Source of the DNA: Octopus bimaculoides
Taxonomy: Eukaryota
DNA length: 64,000 nt
Reading direction: 5' to 3'
Assembly (NCBI RefSeq): GCF_001194135.2
Contig: NC_068981.1
Span: 97,578,061-97,642,060 of the forward strand
Shown here: positions 1 to 12,460 of the stretch, in pieces
Position numbering within the stretch: the first letter of the stretch is position 1
Layout: each line of letters starts with the position of its first letter
The notes under the pieces: generated by a model
Databases searched by the model: none
Told to the model about the DNA's origin: nothing
The model's input: the letters and a program-made list of their open reading frames with translations, nothing else
Translations under genes and position numbers: made by a program

Positions 1-389
1 ATCGTAGTTTCGATTCCTAGACCAGGTGGTGCGTTATGTTTCGTGAACAAAAACTCTTCATTTCTGCGATCACTTCGACGTCTGACGTGTGGCACGCCAT
101 GCTCCTTTAGAGGCAATGCCTGTTTGAGTACTATAAAAAAAAAATCATCTATACAAGTTGTTCGGCAAGAAATTGGTTGTCTGCCGAGACAAAAGAAAAA
201 GAAAAGAAGAGGCAGTTCCCCGAACCTGCATCTATTAGTTTCAAGCTAAGAAATATTCGATATCCTCGTGAAACTCTCCAATCTTTCTTTAACTATCGGC
301 ATCTATCCACTCCAATCTTTGGAAACAGTGTGCCTTATTCCAAGAGATGGTAACCTCTTCTACTCTGCTAATTATCGACCTATTGCTTG

Positions 390-472
<83 letters not shown>
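390..472. repeat. (CT)n microsatellite
   Basis: About 40 near-perfect CT units seen directly. Confidence 0.95.
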
Positions 473-478
<6 letters not shown>

Positions 479-544
479 GTGTCTCAGAGATAATGAAAAT
501 GGAGTAAAAATACTTCTTGCAATACCTTAAGTATCTATTCCTCA

Positions 545-1625
545 TTACCAATCACCTGTACGGCATTTGTTACTTGGGACCTGCTGTTATATGTCAGTTA
601 TTCTACGCCAATGAAAAATTGAGAAAAACGCAATGTCATCGAATTTAAAACCAACCAAGCTTTCCACTGTGTTTGGCTTGAAAATATCCTCAATTGGCTT
701 CAAACATCTTTCATCGTCAGATCGCGTCGTTGCAGTGTGCTCTGATGGGACTCTTTCTGAATGATAATCAGTTCTGGTGTGAACAAAAGTTTGTTTAAGG
801 CTCTCACACTCCTCCTCTTGTACATTAACAATCTATTTACTTACTGTCGCCACTAACAACATACACTCCTATACAAATGATATCACTCATTACTTCACAT
901 TAATCTTCCGCAGATAGATGTCGTTCACATCAACGCTGTACTGCCCTCTATAAACAAAAACTAAGAAAATATCTAGTAGGAGACAATAAAATTCTGTAGC
1001 TTTCAAATGTGTAATAGAGCAGCTACTGTGCATATCAAAGAAATACCTTTTCTCTTCAATAACATAAAATTAAGACATCATAATCGTCACATATGGCAGT
1101 CCCGAGAATCCCTAATATAGTCTCCTAGAAATCCTTCAAACATAACATAGCTAAAACTATAACCCAAAGACTCCGGTTCAGCTCCGATCGACTACTGATT
1201 CTCTACAAAGCTCAGTTAAGACTCACATTCTGTATTAATACGACTCTCATATCTGTAATGGTACTGTTATTGTGAACAAGCCAAGATCCTAGATTGCATC
1301 TAAATAAAGACCTGATTAGCGAAGATTCACTAACACCTCCTGTCCCATACACTGGCTGTCTCCTCTCCCTGTCTATACACTCACTACAACAACGGCTTCT
1401 GTTCCTCTGAACTGGTTAGGCGACATATCACCTCCACTCAGTCTCACACAACACATCTGTCTCTCCTCCTATCATTACTCTTATTGTGTATCTCTCGACT
1501 TCAGGCCTCACACTTATCAATTCACCCGATCTTTACTCCCAAGCGTGTCAAATTTCTCGATTTTTCCCTCCTGCTCGTATTATACCCGCAAACGTCAACG
1601 TACAGATGCACATCAACCGTACCAC
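545..1625 (+). mobile_element. Decayed CR1-clade (Jockey group) LINE ORF2 remnant, reverse transcriptase and C-terminus
   Basis: Frame-shifted translation gives ISSGVNKS (cf. SGVPQGS), LLLYINNL (LFLLYINDL), IHSYTND (YADD), LLILYKAQ (LYKAQxRP), YNNGFCSSEL (YHGECSEEL) and LPARIIPANVNVQ..HINR, in the order expected for CR1-type ORF2. Many stops and frameshifts. Confidence 0.75.
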
Positions 1626-3583
1626 CGATGTCACCAAGCTCGGAGGGCCTGAGAGGATCACGAGGAATGTACATTCGCTGATATATACATACGACCAGAA
1701 CCATACGCACACAGAATACATGCATATACATTCACGCATGCAGAACGAATTACATGTACACATTATAATGTGTATAATAAAATGCACATGTACATTATCA
1801 AAAATACACATAGATTCAATAAAACACGCACATGCACTAATATATATACGAATATACACACACGCANNNNNNNNNNNNNNNNNNNNNNNNNNNNNNNNNN
1901 NNNNNNNNNNNNNNNNNNNNNNNNNNNNNNNNNNNNNNNNNNNNNNNNNNNNNNNNNNNNNNNNNNNNNNNNNNNNNNNNNNNNNNNNNNNNNNNNNNNN
2001 NNNNNNNNNNNNNNNNNNNNNNNNNNNNNNNNNNNNNNNNNNNNNNNNNNNNNNNNNNNNNNNNNNNNNNNNNNNNNNNNNNNNNNNNNNNNNNNNNNNN
2101 NNNNNNNNNNNNNNNNNNNNNNNNNNNNNNNNNNNNNNNNNNNNNNNNNNNNNNNNNNNNNNNNNNNNNNNNNNNNNNNNNNNNNNNNNNNNNNNNNNNN
2201 NNNNNNNNNNNNNNNNNNNNNNNNNNNNNNNNNNNNNNNNNNNNNNNNNNNNNNNNNNNNNNNNNNNNNNNNNNNNNNNNNNNNNNNNNNNNNNNNNNNN
2301 NNNNNNNNNNNNNNNNNNNNNNNNNNNNNNNNNNNNNNNNNNNNNNNNNNNNNNNNNNNNNNNNNNNNNNNNNNNNNNNNNNNNNNNNNNNNNNNNNNNN
2401 NNNNNNNNNNNNNNNNNNNNNNNNNNNNNNNNNNNNNNNNNNNNNNNNNNNNNNNNNNNNNNNNNNNNNNNNNNNNNNNNNNNNNNNNNNNNNTACTCTA
2501 AGACCGCCCACTATCGCCAGCCTACATCCAACCACGCACTATCTTTTAATTGGCACCTTCGTCTTTCGTTCTTTCCGTCTTCTCTTCTCATCTTTTTTAT
2601 TATTATTATTTCTTCTCTTTCTTCTATTTTTGTTAACAATTATTGCACACTATGTGGCCCGATGGCAAGGAAATCACTCTAAAGGTGTGAGACACGTGCA
2701 AGCTTTTTTCTGATCAACCCGTTCTTAGGCCTGTCTTACGTCGGTAACCCACAATGCAACTATTTTCACACGTTCTGCCACTTCGGTTTGGTGGTGTGGT
2801 GTGACGGTGCTGTTCTGTGGTATGGTATGATGGAAGTGCGGCTGCAATGTGGTGTGCTTGTACTGTTCTGTGGTATATATATATATATATATATATANNN
2901 NNNNNNNNNNNNNNNNNNNNNNNNNNNNNNNNNNNNNNNNNNNNNNNNNNNNNNNNNNNNNNNNNNNNNNNNNNNNNNNNNNNNNNNNNNNNNNNNNNNN
3001 NNNNNNNNNNNNNNNNNNNNNNNNNNNNNNNNNNNNNNNNNNNNNNNNNNNNNNNNNNNNNNNNNNNNNNNNNNNNNNNNNNNNNNNNNNNNNNNNNNNN
3101 NNNNNNNNNNNNNNNNNNNNNNNNNNNNNNNNNNNNNNNNNNNNNNNNNNNNNNNNNNNNNNNNNNNNNNNNNNNNNNNNNNNNNNNNNNNNNNNNNNNN
3201 NNNNNNNNNNNNNNNNNNNNNNNNNNNNNNNNNNNNNNNNNNNNNNNNNNNNNNNNNNNNNNNNNNNNNNNNNNNNNNNNNNNNNNNNNNNNNNNNNNNN
3301 NNNNNNNNNNNNNNNNNNNNNNNNNNNNNNNNNNNNNNNNNNNNNNNNNNNNNNNNNNNNNNNNNNNNNNNNNNNNNNNNNNNNNNNNNNNNNNNNNNNN
3401 NNNNNNNNNNNNNNNNNNNNNNNNNNNNNNNNNNNNNNNNNNNNNNNNNNNNNNNNNNNNNNNNNNNNNNNNNNNNNNNNNNNNNNNNNNNNNNNNNNNN
3501 NNNNNNNNNNNNNNNNNNNNNNNNNNNNNNNNNNNNNNNNNNNNNNNNNNNNNNNNNNNNNNNNNNNNNNNNNNNNNNNNNNN

Positions 3584-3638
<55 letters not shown>

Positions 3639-4258
3639 TATATAAAATATATATGTACATAATACATATATATATATATATGTGCGCGCGTGAGTGCGTG
3701 CGTGAAACGTTTGTATCTCGATGAAATTACGTGTAAGAGAACAAGGCAGTGTGGCAGTAGAACTGTGGGTGAATTCAGTGGTGGAGATGGTGGTAGCGGT
3801 GGTGGTGGTGGTGGTAGTGGTGGTGGTGACGACAACGGCAGCAGCGGTGGTGGGAAGTAAGAATGTGAGGCAGTTGAGTATGGTGGAGGGTGACTTTGAG
3901 AAGTCCTTGATAATTGCATTCTACCTATCTCTATTCGATATCTCTACCTGATAAATCCATAGTCGCTTACATCCATTGTAAGGAATCTTCCAAAAACAAA
4001 AACAAAAAAATAAATAGAAAAAATGAAGGAGAGGGGGTGCAGAAAAGAAGTAAGAATTGAAAAGCAAAGAGGAAAAGGGAAGAAAAAATACGGGGAGGCT
4101 AGAGGAATCATAAAATCATCTCAATAAGAGACTCAGACAAGAAGAGGAACAACATAAAGCCGAGTTTTTAATACAACTGTACGAAGCTAACGCGTGTCAA
4201 GTATATCCTTTACATCATATGAAAGTGCACGGCTGCATACGTAGAATGTGTGTGTGTG

Positions 4259-4290
<32 letters not shown>

Positions 4291-5003
4291 TGCGTGTGTG
4301 CGTGTGCGGTCGGAGTTCACGTCGGTACCAAAGGTTTCGCGAGACAGAATCTTTTTGTATGTCTCTTAGGTACCGATATGAATTCTGATTCTCTGGCATA
4401 ACGTATATANNNNNNNNNNNNNNNNNNNNNNNNNNNNNNNNNNNNNNNNNNNNNNNNNNNNNNNNNNNNNNNNNNNNNNNNNNNNNNNNNNNNNNNNNNN
4501 NNNNNNNNNNNNNNNNNNNNNNNNNNNNNNNNNNNNNNNNNNNNNNNNNNNNNNNNNNNNNNNNNNNNNNNNNNNNNNNNNNNNNNNNNNNNNNNNNNNN
4601 NNNNNNNNNNNNNNNNNNNNNNNNNNNNNNNNNNNNNNNNNNNNNNNNNNNNNNNNNNNNNNNNNNNNNNNNNNNNNNNNNNNNNNNNNNNNNNNNNNNN
4701 NNNNNNNNNNNNNNNNNNNNNNNNNNNNNNNNNNNNNNNNNNNNNNNNNNNNNNNNNNNNNNNNNNNNNNNNNNNNNNNNNNNNNNNNNNNNNNNNNNNN
4801 NNNNNNNNNNNNNNNNNNNNNNNNNNNNNNNNNNNNNNNNNNNNNNNNNNNNNNNNNNNNNNNNNNNNNNNNNNNNNNNNNNNNNNNNNNNNNNNNNNNN
4901 NNNNNNNNNNNNNNNNNNNNNNNNNNNNNNNNNNNNNNNNNNNNNNNNNNNNNNNNNNNNNNNNNNNNNNNNNNNNNNNNNNNNNNNNNNNNNNNNNNNN
5001 NNN

Positions 5004-5302
5004 GTTGTGAGTGTTTATTGAGCGAAAACACCTAAAGCTCCACGAGGCTCCGGCAGGGGATGGTGGCGAACCCTGCTGTATTCTTTCACCACAACTTTCT
5101 CTCACTCTTACTTCCTCTTTCTGTTGTGCCTGTACTTCAAAGGGGTCAGTCTTGTCACACTGTGTCACGCTGAATATCCCCGAGAACTACGTTAAGGGTA
5201 CACGTGTCTGTGGAGTGCTCAGCCACTTGCACGTTAATTTCACGAGCAGGTTGTTCCGTTGATCATATCAACTGGAACCGTCGTAAGCGACGGAGTGCCA
5301 AC
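5004..5302 (+). mobile_element. SINE family C, body and 3' end (tRNA head lies in the gap)
   Basis: Reverse complement of the complete copy at 31155-31540, with high similarity over about 300 bp. Confidence 0.85.
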
Positions 5303-5867
5303 TATAGCTATTTATGATGTATATATTTTTGCATATTTTGTTTAATGGTTCCACATATGCTCGGGGAGTATGTAGTAAATCGTAGTATGAGCTCTCTTTG
5401 CAGGAAAGATCAGTGAATGAGCGCCTTTGATTGTAACAGTAATTTCCGCGTGTACGTCTTAAAATTGCTTGAATTTGAACTACTGGAATTTGAACAACTG
5501 GAAAACTACAACGTTCCCCTTGTGAAAGCAACTCGCAAACCCAGATGTTTGCTCTTAGCCTTTCCTCACTTAGAGCCATTCACGTCGTTGCTGTGTCGTA
5601 TGTTTTTCCTTAGATCTGTTTTTCCTGCAAAGACTATCTGATTCTACTGTTTCTACAACTGGTTCTGATATTTTGTTATATTAGATCTAAGTAAGTGAAC
5701 TTTATAATACAAAGAAAATTAAATATATTTTATGTAGCGATTCGTAGATTTATTATTCCTTCACTCTTTTGTACAAGAAATTTCATTACTTTACAATACT
5801 CAGCCAGACCTCAAGTAGTTACATATCCACATCTTTTCACCAAACAATCTATAGTCCGCTACACTAG

Positions 5868-5907
<40 letters not shown>

Positions 5908-6002
5908 TGAGGGTGATAAATTGAAATACCAATTTAATTAACATCAATTTAAAACCAGAGGCCTAGCATATAAAAATCTGAAAATTCAGAAAAATTGTAT
6001 TA

Positions 6003-6528
6003 CATGTGTATAAGAAGGGATGACCACTAAGTAGACATCCGATATGCTAGAAAGTGATCGTACACGATCTAACCACAAAGAAAATAATGTTCTCTAGAAA
6101 AAATTCTATATAATTATGTTCTCTAACCGGCAACATCCACTGCAGTGAATTATCTTCTGCAGAACTGTTTCTGGAATTTTGCGCGCCAGAGCTGAGACAT
6201 TTGAAAATAACCCCAATGTAATCGATAGAACTGTACGCACGTCAAACTTTATGAAGACAATTCGTGTATAGTTCTGCAAATTATATTGAATTAGAACGGT
6301 CGTACTGACGAACTACGGACGCTTTTACATAAGTAAGAGAGTTGATGGCGAAACCCGGTATACGATTAATTCTTTATTTTGTATATTTTCATTTGTCGTG
6401 CCCGCTTATGTTCTGGTGTTTGCTGAATTTTTTCTAGAGAACATTATTTTCTTTGTGGTTAGATCGTGGATGATCTCTTTCTAGCATATCGGATGTTCAC
6501 TTAGTGGTCACCCCTTCTTATACGCATG
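6003..6528. mobile_element. MITE with about 104-bp terminal inverted repeats, TA-flanked (Tc1/mariner type)
   Basis: 6003-6106 is the reverse complement of 6425-6528 with only a few mismatches (CATGTGTATAAGAAGGGATGACC... / ...GGTCACCCCTTCTTATACGCATG). TA on both sides; no ORF. Confidence 0.85.
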
Positions 6529-6562
6529 TATATATATATATATATATACACACACAAATACA

Positions 6563-7266
6563 CGAGGTGTGATCAATAAGTATTAGGACTGTTGCCATAG
6601 TAGCGAAGTTAAAGCACACTGGGTAAAGCCGCCTGGCAAAGATTGACTTTGAACTCTGCTGGGCATGCGCACTAAGTTTTAACGTTCTAGCTCACTTCCG
6701 TTGTTTACAGCAGTGCTTGGAGGGAAGGTGTGTAGCGCGTGATCGTCGCATCGACCATGAGAGAATAAGTTGTCATGGCGATACCTGCTCAGTGGCCTAC
6801 GCAAAGTTGCAGAAAGTGTATGGAGACGAGTGTATGAGCCGCACACGAGTGTACGAGTGGTTCAGACGTTTCCAAGATAGCCGAAAAAATGTCGATGCTG
6901 AGGAACATTCTCGGAGACCCACAACCGGCAGGACTAAGAAAAACATCGCAGATGTGCGTGCAGCTGTGAAGAGAAATCGTCGAATCACCATCCGTGAGTT
7001 ATCAGAGGATGCGCAGATTAGTTACGATGCGCAGTCCATTATCACTGAAGATTTTGGTATGAGACGCGTGTCTACCAGGTTTGTGCCAAAACTGCTTTCA
7101 ACGGAACAAAAAAATACTCGGGTTTCAGTTGCACTAGATCTCCTTGATTGTGTCGAGAATGATTAAGACTTTTTGAAAACTTTGCGTAGGTCTCTGAGCA
7201 GGTATCGCCAAACTTTTGGCAAAATTTGATGCAGATTCTCTGCTCAACTTTCTTTGTTATGGTTAA
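6563..7266 (+). mobile_element. Mariner deletion derivative: 5' TIR, HTH-coding segment, then an inverted copy of the 5' coding region
   Basis: Mariner-like TIR CGAGGTGTGATCAATAAG at 6563. Translation GDTCSVAYAKLQKVYGDECMSRTRVYEWFRRF...RRVSTRFVPKLL (cf. WVPREL). 7169-7266 read on the minus strand gives KVEQRICIKFCQKFGDTCSETYAK. Right end runs into a gap. Confidence 0.85.
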
Positions 7267-7511
7267 NNNNNNNNNNNNNNNNNNNNNNNNNNNNNNNNNN
7301 NNNNNNNNNNNNNNNNNNNNNNNNNNNNNNNNNNNNNNNNNNNNNNNNNNNNNNNNNNNNNNNNNNNNNNNNNNNNNNNNNNNNNNNNNNNNNNNNNNNN
7401 NNNNNNNNNNNNNNNNNNNNNNNNNNNNNNNNNNNNNNNNNNNNNNNNNNNNNNNNNNNNNNNNNNNNNNNNNNNNNNNNNNNNNNNNNNNNNNTATATA
7501 TATATATATAT

Positions 7512-8815
7512 CGAAGTGGTATCAAAAAGTTCCCAGACTAGTTATGTATAATAAAAAATAACTTAACATCATCTTCGAAATAGTCACCTTACGCAGCAAT
7601 ACATCTATCCCAGCGTTCCTGCCACCTTTGGATTCCGGCCTGGAAGTCGTTTTCCGTAAGCAAGTCGAGCATCTTCTACGATTCGCTCTGGATCTCGACA
7701 ACGGTGTTAAAACAGCGACCTTTGAGCTACAGTTTCTTCTACGATAAGAGATGGAAGTCCGCAGGTGCTAAATCTGGTGAATACAGAAGCGATACAATGT
7801 TGTTTTTGGAAAGAAATTTTCGACTAAGGAGAGCTCGACGACAGGGTGCATTGTCGTCGTGAGGAACCCAGTTCTTCGTGCTCCACAAATCCGGTCGCTT
7901 TCGCCGAATGTCCTCCCTCAAATGCTTCAAAACTTCGCAGTAGAACTCTTGATTGTTAGTCTGCCCCTGGGGGACGAATTATTGATGCACAGTACCATGG
8001 ATGGCCAAAACAAAAAACGATGAGAATGCTGCTCTTGATTGAGCTGAGTCTCTATCGTGCCTTCTTCGGCTGTGGAGATGAAGGCCTTTTCCATTGTGAT
8101 GACTGCTGCATCATCTCAGGGTTGTACTCGTAGACCCAACTCTCGGCACTAGTGATGATCCTCAACATGAAGGATGGGTCATCAGCTGCACGCCAACGGA
8201 GATCGTGACAGATTTCAACGCGATGTTCTTTCTGCTCAGTGGTCAGCAGGCGCGGGACAAACTTGGCAGAGACACGACGCATGTACAATTCAGACGTTAG
8301 GATTTCCTGCACAAACCCATAGGACAGGCCAACAACATCAGCAAAGTCGTTGATTGTCCTCCGACGGTCCTCATGCACACGCTTTTCTCCATATTTTCTC
8401 CACATTTCCGAGAATGACGCTCGTGGCAGGTCTCCAGATTGCTAATCGTCTTCCAGGGATGTTCTTTCGCTTTTGATGTGCCCTTGCCACTCGAAACATT
8501 GCGTACGACCCATTGCCTCATCACCGTAAGCTTGCCGAAGCATACTCAATGTCTCTGTAGCAGAGTTCTTAAGTTTAACGCAAAATTTCACGTCGGCTCT
8601 TTGTTCCAACTTCCTGTCCATAACAAAATCGCAGACTACAGCAAACACTTGATCACAAAAACACAAATTTTACAATTTGCGAAGTAAAGACAGTGATGTC
8701 ACTCGGTACACTGCCTCATGAATGTCACAGCTAGCTCTCATTGCGTACGCAACCGTGTGCTGCCATCTGTGGGCGCACTACAAAACTAGTCCTGGAACTT
8801 TTTGCTACCACCTCG
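7512..8815 (-). mobile_element. Near full-length (1304 bp) inactive mariner element
   Basis: 32-bp imperfect TIRs (CGAAGTGGTATCAAAAAGTTCCCAGACTAGTT and revcomp CGAGGTGGTAGCAAAAAGTTCCAGGACTAGTT) with TA context at both ends. Confidence 0.92.
7560..8621 (-). pseudogene. Mariner (D,D34D-type) transposase pseudogene
   Basis: MDRKLEQRADVKFCVKL..., FVPRLL, IITSAESWVY (first catalytic D replaced by A), HDDNA, YSPDLAPAD (spacing 31 after an apparent 3-codon loss), GDYFE. Several stops and frameshifts. Confidence 0.9.
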
Positions 8816-8944
8816 TATACAAGGTCTACCTCAAAGACATATACAGACACAGTGATTGAGTATAATGTCAGTGTTTAAGATAAATTTCATTTTCAAAATT
8901 TACTCGAATCTTCAGACATAGTTTAATTTTTCATGAATGCCTGT

Positions 8945-9987
8945 TTTCAGACTGATGATCATTAAGTCCAATCACGGCTAATAACACGAAAGAATGGAAT
9001 TGCATATATCAAGAGACATTTCAGTCGGTATTTGCGCGCATTCTTGTTCAATGCCTACCCTCAATTCATTGACTATTGCTCCTTTTGTACTATAAGCTTT
9101 ATCTTTTTAAGTATTCCCATGAAAAAAAATCGAGTGATGTGAGATACGGTGTACGCGGAGGGCTTACTTCTGAACAACTTCGTTATCCATCACTTGTTTG
9201 GCAAAAGCTTATCAGGGAAGCCCTTACACTTTTATGGCATGATGCTGCTGCCCCATCTTGCCGGGAATAAAATTCCACATCCTCAAAGTTCTCTTAAATG
9301 TTTAGTAAGACAGATCTTTGCAGTTCAAGTAAATGGGGCCAGTTACAGTACCGTCAAGAAAGAATGGTTCACTTAATCCTTTTGATAATAAGCTGCACCA
9401 TACTATAATTCCTGGTAAATTAATATGTTCATCCATAATATGCAGATTTTCAGGTCTGTAATAGATGCAATTGTGGCTGTTAATTAATCCAGTTAATTTA
9501 AATATAATCTCATCCCTCTAAACAATTTTTGTTGAAAAGTGTGCATCGCATATCTTGCCAAGTACCACTTGCAAAACTCCACTCTTCGGTCTGGGCCATC
9601 TTCATTGTAAGCCTAGATTATTTTTGGAATGTAACTTTTCCAATAACAGCGCTTCAAAATGCGATGGATGCTTGATTTTGAAATTCCTGTCTCATGACTC
9701 GGCTGCCCCACAGATTTTCTTTAACTCTGGTCATACGTTTCTAGCATCGTTTTTTGCTTTGTAGAACTTGTTAACGTTCGCGATATTACGGTACGTTTAT
9801 TGCAGATATCCTGATCAATTCCATCTGCATCAAACTTATCTCTAATTCAAGTGATAGTAAGTCGCGTAGGTAGATCAGTTTGAAACTCCCCTCTAGATTG
9901 TCTTTACATGTTGACTACTTTTTGAAACTTCTAGTAGCACATTAGGTAAATTTTCCTTTGTTCAAAGCTTAGTCCGGCTTCTCTCAT
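8945..9987 (-). pseudogene. DD41D (rosa/Visitor-type, Tc1/mariner superfamily) transposase pseudogene
   Basis: MREAGLSFEQRK...PTRLTI..IRDKFD (DUF4817-like N-terminus), [43 protein letters not shown]. The second D (9257-9255) and third D (9131-9129) are 126 nt apart, leaving 41 intervening codons in frame. TIRs not identified. Confidence 0.8.
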
Positions 9988-10351
9988 TATTCCTAATGGG
10001 TTTAATCTATAAAGAAATGAAAACTGACTTAGCCTTCAATTTAGTGAACACTTCCTTTCCACAAAAAAGGCTACAGAGCAAACTCTTCAGCCTTGTCAAA
10101 TGGAAACTGAAGCAAAGTAAGACGGTTAGGTAATAATTGATATTGAAATGAACATAAGCGTTTGCAACCCACTCCTTGCTTGACATATCAGCGATAGTTT
10201 CGTCTCAGCTAATTTCTGAGAGAGATTGACTACTCTGCTCAAGACCTCGTTCCGTTCCAGTTTCATTTGCAGGTCCGGTGCAAACAAAAACACTGTATCA
10301 AAATAATTTTTTTTAAAATTATGCTTTCATGTTTTTCATCTTATTACGACT

Positions 10352-10503
10352 CCAGTGCTCATCTAGTACTTATTTTACCGAATCCGAAAAGATGAAAGGT
10401 AAATTCAGCCTCGGCGGAATTTGAACTCAGAAAGTAAAGACGGACGAAATGCCGCTAAGCATTTTACCGAGTGTGATAACGATTCTGCCAGCTCGCTTCC
10501 TTT
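10352..10503 (-). mobile_element. SINE family B, partial
   Basis: Reverse complement of the 32654-32867 consensus (GAGCTGGCAGAATCG...CTGAGTTCAAATTCCGCCGAGG). Confidence 0.8.
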
Positions 10504-10979
10504 AATGTATTATAGTAATAATGATGTTAGAATTGAGACAGGAAATCGGGCAACAAACATTAAGAAACGTGCAGACGACAGAATAGTGTTCACGATCACA
10601 CCACTGGTCAACATTACCATAAAGTAAATATCCCCTGGATACGTTGAATACATTGCTGGCCTTGTACCAAAATGTGAAGCCATTATTACACCTCACTATA
10701 CCTGTTATATTTTATGTCCATGCTGGGGACGGTTAATCTTGCTACGTTTCTCAAGTTTTTTGTTTGAGCTCATTGGTTCTTGTCTGTTTACGTTTCTCTT
10801 TGCTTTATATTGTCACTAATTTTTTCCATGTCTGTCCACCCTCCATTTGCTATCCATTGTTGTAATACAATGTCACGGTACAATTAACTGTGGATAGAGC
10901 TCTTAGTTGACTTCTTACTAGTACCGGAGGCGAGACGAGTAGTCCGAGAACCCATGTAGCAGCGACCGTTGGTGTTTTG

Positions 10980-11092
10980 GTAAAGGCCAGCAATTTTAGG
11001 GAGGAGGTAAGTCGATTATATCAACCGCAGTATTCAAATGGTATTTGTTTTATCAACCCCAGCGTTCTAGCGATTCAGCCCGCTCGCCGGCT
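10980..11092 (-). mobile_element. SINE family B, internally deleted
   Basis: The 3' part is joined directly to the head. The same deletion is seen in the copy at 17082-17200. Confidence 0.6.
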
Positions 11093-12067
11093 TAATGAAA
11101 ATCGTAATAATAGATTCTGGGAATGTGGTGTCTCCGTGGCTAGTTATAATCGGCTACTCAGTAGCTGATGGAATCTTCGCTTTTGCATATCCTATTTTTC
11201 TGTCCACCAATTTAATACGAGCGTCTGCTTGTGGGCTGGTGTATGGAACACTAACTTGGCCGTCACCTTTCCTCGCTCTCGGTTTTGAAGAGCAAGCACA
11301 AATTGCAATATGCATACACAGGCCAATGTAGACCATATCACTTTACGCGGCAGCCAAGGATTTGTTTAAATGCTCATTTGAGGACACAGAGATTTCCCCT
11401 TGCTTTTCCAGAAGCAAGAAAATATCGATATAAATCAACAGACAAGAGGGCGGAATATTTTGCGAGCAATATTCTTTGTTTCTCAGAGAAGTGTCCCAGG
11501 TTCAAAGTTTCTTCATCCCCAAGGCTATTTTTGTTATTTGCTGCGTTGTCTAAATATGTTTGGCTATTGCCAGTGTCTGCATTTACTTCACAAATGTGTT
11601 CGTTTGTGTTTTTCCGAAGTGATAATTCTGCGTTTGCTTTTGTATCTGTATTTATTTGTTTAATTATCATCGTTTTTGTTACTTTATTCTTTATTTTCAC
11701 CGTCTGTAGGTGTTTTCCACCATTTTTATCAAGTTCATCTCGGAATATCTTGGGAGCATGATCGACGGTACCTTCTTACTTGCAACATCTTCTTACCGCC
11801 AATTTACGAAATAAATGAAATATTTACAAAATATAAAATATAAAATGCTCAACGACAAACTTTATTTTCTACCCAAGGTAATCAGAGTGAGTACTGAATT
11901 GTTCCAATGTATTCTATCGACAAAATTACTCTAAAGAAGAACGCTTTCCATTAAATCTAATTCGTGATGGATCTAATTCTCCTAAGAAGATAATTTGGAT
12001 ACATCGTCGATAAAAACTGACACAGAACAACCACAATAACAACAACAACAACAACAACAGTAATAAT

Positions 12068-12375
12068 TCTTTCCAAAAGGCACTGTTCATCTCGAATCGG
12101 CAATACCCTTCATAGCACTGCTAGATCAGGGTATTCTGTAAGTTATTTATGGGATCCGAGTCAAAAGTCCTCCGGTTAAAGATCAGCTAGTTGATTTCCA
12201 TTGACGCCTAGGGCTTCCCAGAGAACGTCGTCTCCCTTTCCCACCATTGATCTACTCTACAACGCCATGGTGGAACATTCACCGACCGCAGTGCCCGACT
12301 GGCACAGGGCTGTGAGGATCTGACAGCTCTTAAGGTGCCAGGCGTTCTACCTCGGTCTACGATTGATCCGGGACA

Positions 12376-12378
<3 letters not shown>
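12068..12378 (+). mobile_element. Probable 3' end of an R4/Dong-type LINE (degenerate)
   Basis: Bracketed by (AAC/AAT)n tracts. Starts with FQKAL..SA.TLHST, weakly like the LQKTALLGTARILR terminus, and ends at a (AAT)n tail. Confidence 0.35.
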
Positions 12379-12433
<55 letters not shown>

Positions 12434-12460
12434 CAACAACAACAATAATAATAATAACAA

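Noticed and set aside
4322-4376. Interrupted hairpin TCGGTACC...GAGACA...TGTCTC...GGTACCGA
   Set aside because: Only 8 + 6 bp with a large asymmetric loop; plausible by chance.
11095-11222. Both duplicates are open in the same + frame with an in-frame 9-bp indel
   Set aside because: Substitutions fall mainly at codon positions 1 and 2 (about 8, 8 and 3 by my count), the opposite of coding constraint.
11374-11700. 108-aa minus-strand ORF with SVDLYRY, reminiscent of a GPCR DRY motif
   Set aside because: No hydrophobic helices or conserved cysteine context, an in-frame stop shortly upstream, and no convincing splice sites.
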